This document shows, in pieces, positions 1 through 14,222 of a stretch of DNA of 64,000 nt (position 1 is the stretch's first letter; each line of letters starts with the position of its first letter). The position numbers and the translations under genes are program-made. The notes below the pieces were generated by a model. That model was not told the DNA's origin. It made no database searches and was given only the letters and a program-made list of their open reading frames with translations. The DNA is from Macrostomum hystrix (Eukaryota; Animalia; Platyhelminthes). The stretch lies in assembly GCA_950097015.1 (NCBI GenBank), contig CATNEN010000038.1, positions 14,694,001-14,758,000 on the forward strand. Reading direction: 5' to 3'.

Positions 1-234
1 CACCCGAGTCCGTGACTAAAACCCATTCGTTGGCTGGTCAAGAGTTTTATAGTTGCTATGGCCATGATCTCAAAGCATACTCGCGTGACACAAACGACAA
101 TCTTATTCCGATTTCCCCAACACGCAGCCCATCATACTAGTCTAGTCGGATCTCTCATCACACATACTTTTATCCCTATGCTCGATTCTCCCATCGTCAA
201 TTGGTTTGTACAGTAGCGCTGTCATGAATTACAT

Positions 235-290
235 TCTAGAATATGGATCGGGAAACTCCGGCTTGCGAGAAGATATGGCTCGCCTCAACC
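235..290 (+). mobile_element. Degenerate left end of the hAT-type MITE seen intact at 55298
   Basis: tctagaatatggatcgggaaactccggcttgcg aligns with tctagatcaggggtcggcaaactccggcccgcg (55291). It is followed by the same 16-bp repeat. Confidence 0.55.
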
Positions 291-293
291 AAC

Positions 294-1195
294 TCTGTCT
301 CATCTCTCCCTGTCTCATATCTCCTATCTCATCTCTCCAGGGTCGCATCTCTCCAGTATCTTATCTCTAGTGTCTCATCTCTCCAGTGTCTCATATCTCC
401 TATCTCATCTCTCCTATCTCATCTCTCCAGTGTCTTATCTCTCCAGTGTCTCATCTCTCCAGTGTCTCATCTCTACCATGTCTCATCTCTCCACTGTCTC
501 ATATCTCCCTGTCTCATATCTCCTATCTCATCTCTCCAGGGTCTCATCTCTCCCTGTCTCATCTCCATGTCTCATATCTCCCTGTCTCATATATCCTATC
601 TCATCTCTCCAGTGTCTCATCTCTCCCTGTCTCATATCTCCTATCTCATCTCTCCAGGGTCTTATCTCTCCAGTGTCTCATCTCTAGTGTCTCATCTCTC
701 CAGTGTCTCATCTCTCCCTGTCTCATATCTCCTATCTCATCTCTCCTATCTCATCTCTCCAGGGTCTTATCTCTCCAGTGTCTCATCTCTAGTGTCTCAT
801 CTCTCCAGTGTCTCATCTCTCTAGTGTCTCATCTCTCCAGTGTCTCATCTCTCTAGTGTCTCATCTCTCCAGTGTCTCATCGCTACCGGTCTCATCTCTC
901 CCTGTCTCATCTCTCCCTGTCTCATATCTCCTATCTCATCTCTCCTATCTCATCTCTCCAGGGTCTTATATCTCCAGTGTCTCATCTCTAGTGTCTCATC
1001 TCTCCAGTGTCTCATCGCTACCGGTCTCATCTCTCCCTGTCTCATCTCTCAGTGTCTCATATCTCCCTGCCTCATATCTCCTATCTCATCTCTCCAGGGT
1101 CTCATGTCTCCAGTGTCTCATCTCTCCAGGGTCTCATCTCTCCAGGGTCTCATCTCTGCCCTGACTCATCTCTTCTCTGTCTTATCTCTGCCCTG
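294..1195 (+). repeat. 16-bp CT-rich minisatellite (ctctccagtgtctcat)
   Basis: Direct tandem repetition with variants. It produces the 16-aa-periodic spurious ORFs. Confidence 0.95.
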
Positions 1196-1829
1196 TCTTA
1201 TCTCTTCGTTTCTTAATTGTCCCATCCCATATCTGCCGTATTATCTATTTTTTGTCAATAGTCTGCGAACCCTTAAGAAGGGACAAAGCACTTCATTCTG
1301 TAATACTCAATTTTTGTATATATAAAGGAACTAATAAATGCTTTTTGTACATAGTGACTGCCAGTTAGAAGTGAATTAACCATTTTAACAGATTTTGCCC
1401 ACTTCAACAGACAACAGACAAACATTATGTTGCATGCTTGTTCTAGCTATTCCAAAATGTTCCACTTCTCGTGGGTACTGCGTCAACTGCTATCTCGTGT
1501 TACGTTGTGCTAATTTTTTCTTATTTCTTCAATTCCAAAGCCGGGCAAACATTGAAAGATTGCGCAATATGAACAACGAAATTTCCGGACAAACAGCACC
1601 AAACACGAACGCAAAAACTCTCTTAAGAGGGTCCGACAAAGACAGACTAAAGCGCAAATAGCAATGAGAAAGTCTGTTAGACACTAAATCAATGATAACA
1701 TACCGCCGGTTAAACCACTTGAAATCTTGTGCATGAATGCAATAAATAAAAAATGTATGAATTGTCGTACTGTTTGTGGCTTATTCCTCGATTGCATTTG
1801 TCTTATCTGTAACGGCTCCACATTTCAGT

Positions 1830-2450
1830 CTAATCTCTACCTTACAGTCCTATCTATCTCAGACGTATCTATCTCACAGTTTCATCTCTATCTCAGTCTC
1901 ATCTCTATCTCAGTCTCATCTTTATCTCACAGTCTCATCTCTATATCTCACAGTCTCATCTCTATCTCACAGTCTCATCTCTATCTCACAGTCTCATCTC
2001 TATCTCACAGTCTCATCTCTATCTCACAGTCTCATCTCTATCTCAGTCTCATCTCTAACTCACAGTCTCATCTCTATCTCACAGTCTCATCTCTATCTCA
2101 GTCTCATCTCTATCTCACAGTCTCATCTCTATCTCAGTCTCATCTTTATCTTACAGTCTCATCTCTACCTCACAGTCCTATCTATCTCAGACGTATCTAT
2201 CTCACAGTCTCATCTCTATCTCACAGTCTTATTTCCCTTCATTATCTAATCTCTCCCCTGTCTCATCTCTCCCCTGTCTCATCTCTCCCCTGTCTCATCT
2301 CTCCCCTGTCTCATCTCTCCCCTGTCTTATCTCTCCCCTGTCTCATCTCTTCCCTGTATCATCTCTCCCCTGTCTCATCTCTCCCCTGTCTTATCTCTCC
2401 CCTGTATAACCTCTCTACTATCTAATCTCTTCCCTGTCTTATCTCTGTCT
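1830..2450 (+). repeat. Compound minisatellite: 19-bp (ctcacagtctcatctctat), then 16-bp (ctctcccctgtctcat)
   Basis: Tandem units visible. The unit switches near 2240 and both share the gtctcatctct core. Confidence 0.93.
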
Positions 2451-3474
2451 CTATCAGACAGTCTTAATTATATCACCGCCTTATCTTTATTTTATTTCCT
2501 TATGAGATACAATAAGACAAGGAGACTAAGGTTTAAATTTGGCCCAGCAGATTCCACAAAGTGTTTATACAAAACGACTACGATAATGAATAACTTATCG
2601 ACAGAAAGAAAAAGGAAATATAACAAAACTGATTGGGCAATGTTTGATAAGATCGACCAGCTCAAAGATCAAGAGAGAAAACGGGCAGTGTACCTGGATC
2701 CACGGATTCATTGATTGACAGGTTAATAAATCGTTGGTCCGATTATATAAAAATACACCCAACTACACACAGACATATTGTCCATGCATTTTGATATGCT
2801 AGGATAGGACAGGATTATTTTGCCTTCCATTATTATGACATCGGAAATCGACTAATTGTGTGCATGAGCGAGTCAAGGATAAAGTCCCAACAAAAGAGGA
2901 AATAAAAAAATGGGAGAAAGCGATTTGCTTTGGCGACTGCTGAGGTTAATAAGACTTTGGCAGAGAATTTCAGAGGGTTATGGAGATAAAGACGGGAAAG
3001 GGGGTAGACGGGATAATCGAGAAAAGCGCTTTGAACTGGAGATAATCCGCAGCCAGGCTATGACAGGCACGACTGCTTGAGATCGCCAAAAAAAGAAGCG
3101 AGATGGCGGCGAAGGCTTGACTTTTTGATTGGACTGCAGCGGGTGAGGGTCAACTGCTGTGACCTGAGCGAAGGGGGAAGAAGAAAAAAAACAAAAAAGC
3201 TCCCCCAAAAGTCGAACGGCGGAAGAAGAACTCAAAGCAGAACTCTGAGAAGAGTGAGTGGGTGGAGAAGAGAGAGTGAGTGAGCTCGATTAATCCGAAA
3301 ACAAACTTAGAGTTAATCTGCATGGTTGCATTTTGAGGACAAGCCAAATAACTTACTGATTCCCCCTACATGAAGGATTGAGAATTTAGAACTTTTTCTA
3401 GAGTTTTTGCAATGATAAACTGTACGACTGTTGGATAAATAGACTTGAATGCTAAATTTAAACATTTCGATATT

Positions 3475-5295
3475 AAAATCTAAATTCTAAATCTAGGGAT
3501 TCAGATCCTAAATCTAGGAATTTTGATCCTAAATCTAGAAATTTAGATCCTAAATCTGGGGACTTAGATCCTAAATCTAGGGATTTAGATCACAAATCTA
3601 GGGATTTACATCCTAAACCTAGGGATTTAGATCATATATCAAAGTGATTTTCAATCCAAGATCATTTGACGGGTAAAAATAAATAAAGTTTTCAGATTTC
3701 TTATGGTATAAGCGTAGAATTATCTTTCTACTATCTATCTACTTTAAATTCTAGGATTCTAGGTTTAAATTCTAGGATTCTAGGTTTAAATACCTGGATT
3801 CTAGTTTCAAATCCTAGGATTCTAGGTTTAAATCCTAGGGTTCTATTTCTGAATCCTAGGATTCTATTTCCCAATCTTAGGATTCTATTTCCCAATCCTA
3901 GGATTCTCTTTCCCAATCCTAGGATTCTATTTCCCAATCTTAGGATTCTATTTCTCAATCCTAGGATTCTTTTTCCCAATCCTAGGGTTCTATTTCTCAA
4001 TCCTAGGATTCTTTTTCCCAATCCTAGGGTTCTATTTCCCAATCCTAGGGTTCTATTTCCCAATCCTAGGGTTCTTTTTCCCAATCCTAGGGTTCTATTT
4101 CCCAATCCTAGGATTCTATTTCCCAATCCTAGGATTCTCTTTCCCAATCCTAGGGTTCTTTTTCCCAATCCTAGGATTCTCTTTCCCAATCCTAGGGTTC
4201 TATTTCCTAATCCTAGGATTCTATTTCCCAATCCTAGGATTCTATTTCTCAATCCTAGGGTTCTATTTCCCAATCCTAGGATTCTCTTTCCCAATCCTAG
4301 GATTATATTTCCCAATCCTAGGGTTCTTTTTCCCAATCCTAGGATTCTATTTCCAAATCTTAGGGTTCTATTTCCCAATCCTAGGATTCTCTTTCCCAAT
4401 CCTAGGGTTCTATTTCCTAATCCTAGGATTCTATTTCCCAATCCTAGGATTCTATTTCTCAATCCTAGGGTTCTATTTCCCAATCCTAGGATTCTATTTC
4501 CCAATCCTAGGATTCTATTTCTCAATCCTAGGGTTCTTTTTCCCAATCCTAGGATTCTATTTCCCAATCTTAGGATTCTATTTCCCAATCCTAGGATTCT
4601 ATTTCCCAATCCTAGGATTCTTTTTCCTAATCTTAGGGTTCTATTTCCCAATCCTAGGATTCTCTTTCCCAATCCTAGGGTTCTATTTCCTAATCCTAGG
4701 ATTCTATTTCCCAATCCTAGGATTCTATTTCTCAATCCTAGGGTTCTATTTCCCAATCCTAGGATTCTCTTTCCCAATCCTAGGATTATATTTCCCAATC
4801 CTAGGGTTCTTTTTCCCAATCCTAGGATTCTCTTTCCCAATCCTAGGATTCTATTTCCCAATCCTAGGATTCTATTTCCCAATCTTAGGATTCTATTTCC
4901 CAATCCTAGGATTCTATTTCCCAATCCTAGGATTCTATTTCTCAATCCTAGGGTTCTATTTCCCAATCCTAGGGTTCTATTTCCCAATCCTAGGATTCTA
5001 TTTCCCAATCCTAGGATTCTATTTCCCAATCTTAGGATTCTATTTCCCAATCCTAGGATTCTATTTCCCAATCCTAGGATTCTATTTCTCAATCCTAGGG
5101 TTCTATTTCCCAATCCTAGGATTCTATTTCCCAATCCTAGGATTCTATTTCTCAATCCTAGGGTTCTTTTTCCCAATCCTAGGATTCTATTTCCCAATCC
5201 TAGGATTCTATTTCTCAATCCTAGGATTCTATTTCCCAATCCTAGGGTTCTTTTTCCCAATCCTAGGATTTTATTTCCCAATCCTAGGATTCTAG
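3475..5295. repeat. 21-bp minisatellite (tcccaatcctaggattctatt), with a related 21-bp block at 3475-3635
   Basis: About 70 tandem units in 3745-5295, giving the spurious LGNRILG ORF. Confidence 0.95.
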
Positions 5296-5649
5296 CATCA
5301 AATCGACGATATAAAGTAATATATTTCTCCCCCGAATCTTTCTCTTATTTGCTTTAAGTATCTGAACCCGGAAACCGCATATTTGTCATGATAGCTAACT
5401 AGAAAGTAAGACTATACAGGCCTGATACTCCTAGAGTGTTTAATAGGAATAGTAATAATAATAATTTAAGATAAGCCGACTCTACACGCAGGTTGCGCAA
5501 CAAATTCTGACTAAATATTATTACCTTCCGAGTTTTCTTGTTTTAAAATGCTATGTATATAGTTGCTAAGGTGTATAAAAAACAATAGCAAACAATAGAT
5601 TTAACAAAAGAGAAGTAAAGTATAGTCGAGTAAAGAATTGGTTTGAATC

Positions 5650-6172
5650 GAGTAGATAATAGATTTATATCATGTAGGCAATAGATTATGGTCAGTAGAG
5701 AATAGATTATGGTCCATAGAGAATAGATTGTAATCAGTAGAGAATAGATTTTTATCAGTAGAGAATAGATTATGGTCAGTAGAGAATAATAGATTGTAAT
5801 TAGTAGAGAATAGATTATGGTCCGTAGAGAATAGATTGTAATCAGTAGAGAATAGATTGCAATCAGTAGAGAATAGATTGCAATCAGTAGAGAATAGATT
5901 GCAATCAGTAGAGAATAGATTGCAATCAGTAGATAATAGATTGCAATCAGTAGAGAATAGATTATGGTCCGTAGAAAATAGATTGCAATCAGTAGAGAAT
6001 AGATTATGGTCCGTAGAGAATAGATTTTTATCAGTAGAGAATAGATTATGGTCCGTAGAGAATAGATTTTTATCAGTAGAGAATAGATTATGGTCCGTTG
6101 AGAATAGATTGCAATCAGTAGAGAAGATTATGGTCCGTAGAGAATAGATTGCAATCAGTAGAGAATAGATTA
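5650..6172. repeat. 21-bp minisatellite (agagaatagattgcaatcagt)
   Basis: Tandem units visible. Confidence 0.93.
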
Positions 6173-6634
6173 TAAAAAATAAAATTGCATTTCCAGCCTA
6201 GTAAGAACCGCAGATACGCGAATAAAGTTGACTAAAAGGTCCAGAAAGTTATAAGCGGACTCCCAAACTCTAAAAATATTCATACTGAAATGTGGCAACT
6301 AAGAAAAAATGTTATTTTTTTCTAGACAAGACCAAAATCTGGGTCGTGAGAACTGAAAGTAAACAAGCTTGGAAATTTCTACGGATCTATAGCCTGAAAC
6401 AAGAGACTTCCATATATGCTGAGACAGCAAGAAAAAAAGAGATGAGATTTGGATAGACACAGATAGGCATGACGACAGACACCAGAGCCCAGTTGAACCA
6501 GATGCAAAGCAAGTGGGACAGCCGCTGCTATTGCGCAGCGCCATAAAATGCATGTAAACAGCTGTACAGTCCGTGGACTCGGCCGGCCAGCATAACCAGA
6601 CAAATTTCATACCCTACTCTGGTATCCAATTATC

Positions 6635-7250
6635 TGACAGTCTCATCTCTATCTCACAGTCTGATCTCTATTTCACAGTCTCATCTCTATTTCACAGTCG
6701 GATCTCTATCTCACAGTCTCATCTCTATCTCACAGTCTCATCTCTATTTCACAGTCTCATCTCTATTTCACAGTCTGATCTCTATCTCACAGTCTCATCT
6801 CTATCTCACAGTCTCATCTCTATCTCACAGTCTCATCTCTATCTCACAGTCTCATCTCTATCTCACAGTCTCATCTCTATCTCACAGTCTCATCTCTATC
6901 TCACAGTCGGATCTCTATCTCACAGTCTCATCTCTATTTCACAGTCGGATCTCTATCTCACAGTCTCATCTCTATTTCACAGTCTCATCTCTATCTCACA
7001 GTCTCATCTCTATTTCACAGTCTCATCTCTATCTTACAGTCTCATCTCTATGTCACAGTCTGATCTCTATCTTACAGTCTCATCTCTATCTCACAGTCTC
7101 ATCTCTATCTTACAGTCTCATCTCTATCTTACAGTCTCATCTCTATCTTACAGTCTCATCTCTATCTTACAGTCTCATCTCTATCTCACAGTCTCATCTC
7201 TATTTCACAGTCTCATCTCTATCTTACAGTCTCATCTCTATCTCACCGTT
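6635..7250 (+). repeat. 19-bp minisatellite (ctcacagtctcatctctat)
   Basis: Same unit as 1830-2230. Confidence 0.95.
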
Positions 7251-8305
7251 ACCATCTTCATTTTACTAAAATACGTAAACTGAAGCACAAGTGCCTAGCT
7301 AAAGAAAAAAACTAATTCCGCTAGACTGAGATGAGAACTATCAAACCTTTCGTTAAGAAACTCCAATCAACAGGCTTTAAGCTACCTTAGAGAGAGACAA
7401 AGCAAGCATAGACAGACACTTTAGCTGGTTGCAGACAAGACAGCAGTGCATTCTTTTGCAACACTTTCACGCCGTTGAAATGGCCCTCGTTCGCCACCCC
7501 ATCATAGGCAGTGATTCCCCAGTTAACGGAAAGCAGCTTTGCTAAGACTTATTTTCTTTCAGAAACATTAGAAGAAGAAGAAGAAGAAGACGATACGGAA
7601 CTAGACGAGGAGGCATAAAGTTAAGAACGGAACAGAACATAAGAAGAAGATTGAACCAGCTTGGCGTTCCTCTTCAAATCGGCTTTCTTATTGCTTTAGG
7701 TGAAGCAAAAGTGCAGATATAAAAAATGTGGCGTTTTAGGATCAGTCTAAACGAATGGGAGGCACAGTTAGATAACTAGACAGCAATTTTATGGGCACAG
7801 GGCTAGCTTAAGTTTTTAACCACTAAATAAGAAAGATTGAAAATCTAACAAAAAATCTGAGACTGCGATATCGCTATAAATTGTTCTGTCGAATTATCAA
7901 ATTTTCATCCTTTCGGTGAAGAATATTTTTTAATAATCATGGAACTTATCAAAGCTGCAGATGTTGAATCTGAAATCTGCTTTATATTCTGAAGTAAAAC
8001 TTGGAAAAAAGGATTAGAAAAATCACGGCCTCTAAAAATATATGAAAGATTTCTTAGAAACAAAGTATTTTTTGAAAACGGTAATCCTAAAAAACTTCTG
8101 AATTCTAAGATTTCTTTACACATACACTTTTAAAGTTCAACCTTTTTTATTTTTTTTTCTTAGAAAAGTATAATTCTTAGAAAAGGTCTAAGAAATCAAG
8201 ATTCATAAGAAATTGTAGATAATGATAATTTATTCTACAGATAATTTATCCTTATCATCCTTATCGATTCTTAAATCAAAATCTATCGCTAGATTTATAA
8301 TGATT

Positions 8306-8568
8306 ATGATAATAAGTAATTACACATGCAGCTGTTGCGCGGCGCATCTGAAGGCTGCGTACGGCTGTTCAGTCCATGGACTGGGGGGACGCCACACCCA
8401 CCCTCAATAAAAACAGCTGATGCTGGTACCCATTTAACACCTGGGTGAACTGAAGCAATGCAGAGTGAAGTGTGTTGATAAAGGGCACAAATTGTTCCAA
8501 TAGAATCGAGAATCGAACCTCTGAACTTCAAGTCGTGGGTCCAACGGTCTATTTTCTCAGCTACTCGC
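8306..8568 (-). mobile_element. tRNA-derived SINE, family A
   Basis: The reverse complement matches 62288-62592: B box GGTTCGATTC, central ttcacccaggtgttaaatgggtacc, 3' ggcgtccccccagtccatggactgaacagcc. Confidence 0.85.
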
Positions 8569-8968
8569 ATTTACTTGCAAGGTTACAAGTCTCATACTTT
8601 CATTCGTTTCACTAATATCTTTCTAAACGCTGACGATGCGCAGGTATCAAGGGCATTAGCAGCTTGGATTGAGTAATCGGTATCTCACACAACGCAGCCA
8701 AAGGAATGAGGACTTTCGCTACATTTTCGACTGGCAAAATAAATTATAACTGGCCTAGTTAAACTGCGAAAATATTTTCGCTTGCCACTGTTTTTTATTT
8801 CAACACTTTCACGAAAACTTATTTCTCGTTTTGGTAGACTGAGAAAAAATAATTAGTCCATTGAATAATATGCGTCAATGTGCGTCAATAAAAGGCCGAT
8901 ATGTGTCGAAAAATCTATAACAAATTGGCTACCAGATCCAATAGTAACTTTTAGGGTAGAGAAAATAC

Positions 8969-9005
8969 ACTCACCATACTGCGACTTGGCCGTAACCATA
9001 GCAAC
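8969..9005 (-). promoter_or_regulatory. Candidate RFX X-box next to an ATG|GTGAGT donor
   Basis: GTAACCATAGCAAC (8992-9005) fits the X-box consensus. A minus-strand ATG (8977-8975) is followed by GTGAGT. Several TGCGTCA motifs lie nearby. Confidence 0.3.
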
Positions 9006-9685
9006 CCGGCAATTGAATGCCATAGACAACAGCAGGAATATTGCTGCGAATAGCAATTTTCGGCCTCTGAGCATGATTTATCCAAAGCTGTTAGACTGAC
9101 GATAAATAATTTGGTTGATAGTTGATCTCTCAGGTGTCTCACATGGCGACTGAAATTAAATGATAAGATGCGATAGTTTAATAGGATTAAAAATTAATAA
9201 AAACTTGTAATTTCTTTTTTTAATTAAATGCAATAACTGCGTCATCTAGAGTTGCATGATTGCGTCACAAAGAGAATAAATTGTAAGGTAGAATAGAGAA
9301 AAAAAGAGACAATATTTATGAGTGAAGTTAAAATATACAATAGAGCTAGTCGTGACTCAAATACAATATCCACTAGGGCATTGAGGATAGAGAGATAGAG
9401 AGAGTGGATTATGTAATCCGCTAGAAAATATATGAAATAAAAACAGAATTTCTAAACTGCTGACGCTATGGGGACACGAAAATTAAGCATTGGTTGAAAA
9501 AAATCCTGGATAGTAAATTAGTGAAAACGTTTATCAATGTAAAACTAAAGGCCTTATAGAATCATTTCCGACCCCAGCAACCCAGCTGATGGGTAGGCGA
9601 AGCAGCAAGTGAGTTAATCCAATTAGAGTCACAGAGGTCAAATTCTCTTAGTTTATAGTATTTAGTCAAGGCCTCGATTGCCAGA

Positions 9686-12600
9686 AAGGCATCCTTATCT
9701 GTGACTGATTATCCATTAAAGCGATCCTTATCTGTTACTGATTATCCATTAAAGCGATCCCTATCTGTTACTGATTATCCATTAAAGCGATCCTTATCTG
9801 TTACTGATTATCCATTAAAGCGATCCTTATCTGTTACTGATTACCCTTAAAAGCAATCCTTATCTGTGACTGATTATCCTTAAAGAGAATCCTTATCTTT
9901 GACTGATTATCCTTAAAGGGAATCCTTATATTTGACTGATTATCCTTAAAGGGAATCCTTATCTTTGACTCATTATCCTTAAAAGCGATCCTTATCTGTG
10001 ACTGATTATCCATTAAAGGCAATCCTTATCTGTTACTGATTACCCTTAAAGCAATCCTTATCGTTGACTGATTATCCTTAAAGGGAATCCTTATCTTTGA
10101 CTGATTATCCTTAAAAGCGATCCTTATCTGTTACTGATTATCCATTAAAGCGATCCTTATCTGTTACTGATTATCCATTAAAGCGATCCTTATCTGTTAC
10201 TGATTACCCTTAAAAGCAATCCTTATCTGTGACTGATTATCCTTAAAGAGAATCCTTATCTTTGACTGATTATCCTTAAAGGGAATCCTTATATTTGACT
10301 GATTATCCTTAAAGGGAATCCTTATCTTTGACTCATTATCCTTAAAAGCGATCCTTATCTGTGACTGATTATCCATTAAAGGCAATCCTTATCTGTTACT
10401 GATTACCCTTAAAGCAATCCTTATCGTTGACTGATTATCCTTAAAGGGAATCCTTATCTTTGACTGATTATCCTTAAAAGCGATCCTTATCTGTGACTGA
10501 TTATGCATTAAAAGCGATCCTTATCTGTTACTGATTACCCTTAAAAGCAATCCTTATCGTTGACTGATTATCCTTAAAGGGAATCCTTATCTTTGACTGA
10601 TTATCCTTAAAAGCAATCCTTATCTGTGACTGATTATCCTTAAAGGCGATCCTTATCTGTGACTAATTATCCTCAAAGGCGATCCTTATCTGTGACTGAA
10701 TATCCTTAAAGGCGATCCTTATCTGTGACTAATTATCCTCAACGGCGATCCTTATCTGTGACTGAATATCCTTAAAGGCGATCCTTATCTGTGACTAATT
10801 ATCCTCAACGGCGATCCTTATCTGTGACTGATTATCCTTAAAGGCGATCCTTATCTGTGACTGATTATCCTTAAAGGCGATCCTTATCTGTGACTAATTA
10901 TCCTCAACGGCGATCCTTATCTGTGACTGATTATCCTTAAAGGCGATCCTTATCTGTGACTGATTATCCATTAAAGGAAATTTTTATCTGTGACTGATTA
11001 TCCATTAAAGGCGATCCTTATCTGTGACTGATTATGCCAAAAGGTAATCCTTATCTGTGACTGATTATCCATTAAAGGCAATCCTTATCTGTGACTGATT
11101 ATCCATTAAAGGCAATCCTTATCTTTGACTGAATATCCTTAAAGGCAATCCTTATCTGTGACTGATTATCCTTAAAGGCGATCCTTATCTGTGACTGATT
11201 ATCCTTAAAGGCGATCCTTATCTGTGACTGATTATCCATTAAAGGAAATTTTTATCTGTGACTGATTATCCATTAAAGGCGATCCTTATCTGTGACTGAT
11301 TATGCCAAAAGGTAATCCTTATCTGTGACTGATTATCCATTAAAGGCAATCCTTATCTGTGACTGATTATCCATTAAAGGCGATCCTTATCTGTGACTGA
11401 ATATCCTTAAAGGCGATCCTTATCTGTGACTGATTATCCTTAAAGGCAATCCTTATCTGTGACTGATTATGCCAAAAGGTAATCCTTATCTGTGACTGAT
11501 TATCCTCAAAGGCGATCCTTATCTGTGACTGATTATCCTCAAAGGCGATCCTTATCTGTGACTGATTATCCATTAAAGGCAATCCTTATCTGTGACTGAT
11601 TATCCATTAAAGCGATCCTTATCTGTGACTGATTATCCATTAAAGGCAATCCTTATCTGTGACTGATTATCATTAAAGGCAATCCTTATCTGTTACTGAT
11701 TTTCCATTAAAGGCAATCCTTATCTGTGACTGATTATCCATTAAAGCGATCCTTATCTGTGACTGATTATCCATTAAAGGCAATCCTTATCTGTGACTGA
11801 TTATCATTAAAGGCAATCCTTATCTGTGACTGATTATCCTTAAAGGGAATCCTTATCTTTGACTGATTATCCTTAAAAGCAATCCTTATCTGTGACTAAT
11901 TATCCTTAAAGGCGATCCTTATCTGTGACTAATTATCCTCAAAGGCGATCCTTATCTGTGACTGATTATCCTTAAAGGCGATCCTTATCTGTGACTGATT
12001 ATCCATTAAAGGAAATTTTTATCTGTGACTGAATATCCTCAACGGCGATCCTTATCTGTGACTAATTATCCTCAACGGCGATCCTTATCTGTGACTGAAT
12101 ATCCTTAAAGGCGATCCTTATCTGTGACTAATTATCCTCAACGGCGATCCTTATCTGTGACTGATTATCCTTAAAGGCGATCCTTATCTGTGACTAATTA
12201 TCCTCAACGGCGATCCTTATCTGTGACTGATTATCCATTAAAGGAAATTTTTATCTGTGACTGATTATCCATTAAAGGCGATCCTTATCTGTGACTGATT
12301 ATCCATTAAAGGCGATCCTTATCTGTGACTGAATATCCTTAAAGGCGATCCTTATCTGTGACTGATTATCCATTAAAGGCGATCCTTATCTGTGACTGAA
12401 TATCCTTAAAGGCGATCCTTATCTGTGACTAATTATCCTCAACGGCGATCCTTATCTGTGACTGATTATCCTTAAAGGCGATCCTTATCTGTGACTGATT
12501 ATCCATTAAAGGAAATTTTTATCTGTGACTGATTATCCATTAAAGGCAATCCTTATCTTTGACTGAATATCCTCAAAGGCGATCCTTATCTGTGACTGAT

Positions 12601-12700
12601 TATCCATTAAAGCGATCCTTATCTGTGACTGATTATCCTTAAAGGCGATCCTTATCTGTGACTGATTATGCCAAAAGGTAATCCTAATGTGACTGATTAC
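9686..12700. repeat. 32-33-bp satellite (ccttatctgtgactgattatccttaaaggcgat)
   Basis: About 90 tandem units, with an internal 363-bp higher-order duplication. Confidence 0.97.
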
Positions 12701-13483
12701 CCGAAAACAGCATATCCTTCTCCATTAACGATTACCCCGCTAACACCTGACCCTGATCCGTTACGTGTTATCCACCTCAAGTGTTCAAGCTTCACCTAAA
12801 GCCAAACTAATTCTACGGATCGATACCCTTCATAACAAGGAATTTACTTTAAAAAACGAATAAGAGACAAAAATGAATGCTGGTAATGAAAACAGCTTCA
12901 GGCTTAGCAAGAAAAAAAGTTTAGAGCCTTGTTACTTCAGCTGCTGCTGCTGATGCTAAGCAGAAAGAAGCCAGAGGAATAAAAAACATGCCGCTAGTGC
13001 CCCAGGGAAAATATCCTACCATATCGCATAGAGTATAGCCAATTTGAGTCCACAAAGCGGAACCCAAGAAGTACAGGCTAAGAGTGTTGGCCGTTAGCAA
13101 TGAGAGAAAAAACTTTTGGGTAAAACCAAAACTATATATAATCACTTTCTCACGGCTCTGGTAGAGGAATTATACTGCAATACAGTTTTTCACTGGCTAG
13201 AAGCCAGAGCAGAATATTTGTCAATTAATTCGGTACCACAGAACTATATTTATCTGCGGCCCGCGGGTTGGTGTGTGCGAAATTTAGCAAGTATTTTGTT
13301 AAACAGTTAAGACTACATGGGTTATGCGCATATTTACACAGATCCGGAAATGTATCATATCTTGGTTGCTACTACCTCAGTTAAACATGGGATGACACTA
13401 GAACAGATTATATTCGAAATAGTCATGCTAGATAACCAACAAGATAATAATATCAAGCATGAGGATAGGTTTCTGCATTCTAG

Positions 13484-14135
13484 TTCCATCACAATATGTC
13501 ACATCACATTCTATCCCATCACATTCTATCTTATCACATTCTATCCCATCATATTCTATCCCATTATATTCTACCCCATCACATTCTATCCCATCACATT
13601 CAATCCCATCACATTCAATCCCATCACATTCTATCCCATCACATTCTATCCCATCACATTCTATCCCATCACATTCTATCCCATCACATTCTATACCATC
13701 ACATTCTATCCCATCACATTCAATCCCATCACATTCTATACCATCACATTCTATCCCATTATATTCTACCCCATCACATTCTATCCCATCACATTCTATC
13801 CCATCACATTCTATCCCATCACATTCTATACCATCACATTCTATCCCATTATATTCTACCCCATCACATTCTATCCCATCACATTCTATCCCATCACATT
13901 CTATCCCATCACATTCTATCCCATCACATTCTATCCCATCACATTCAATCCCATCACATTCTATACCATCACATTCTATCCCATTATATTCTACCCCATC
14001 ACATTCTATCCCATCACATTCTATCCCATCACATTCTATCCCATCACATTCAATCCCATCACATTCTATACCATCACATTCTATCCCATTATATTCTACC
14101 CCATCACATTCTATCCCATCACATTCTATCCCATC
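13484..14135. repeat. 15-bp minisatellite (ccatcacattctatc)
   Basis: Tandem units visible. All three plus frames are open, as expected for a stop-free unit. Confidence 0.96.
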
Positions 14136-14147
14136 AATTCTATCCTA

Positions 14148-14222
14148 TGGGTGTGTACATGTCCTGTCTTTTTCATCGTCAGTCAGCGTACACTCTGACT
14201 GTGCCTTGGAGTTTGGCCCTCA
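14148..14222 (-). mobile_element. SINE family B fragment
   Basis: gtgtgtacat...catcgtcag...ctgtgccttggag.ttggccctcaa matches 59865-59940. Confidence 0.7.

Noticed and set aside
9686-12700. CRISPR-like regular repeats
   Set aside because: Units are head-to-tail with no unique spacers, there are no cas genes, and the context is eukaryotic.
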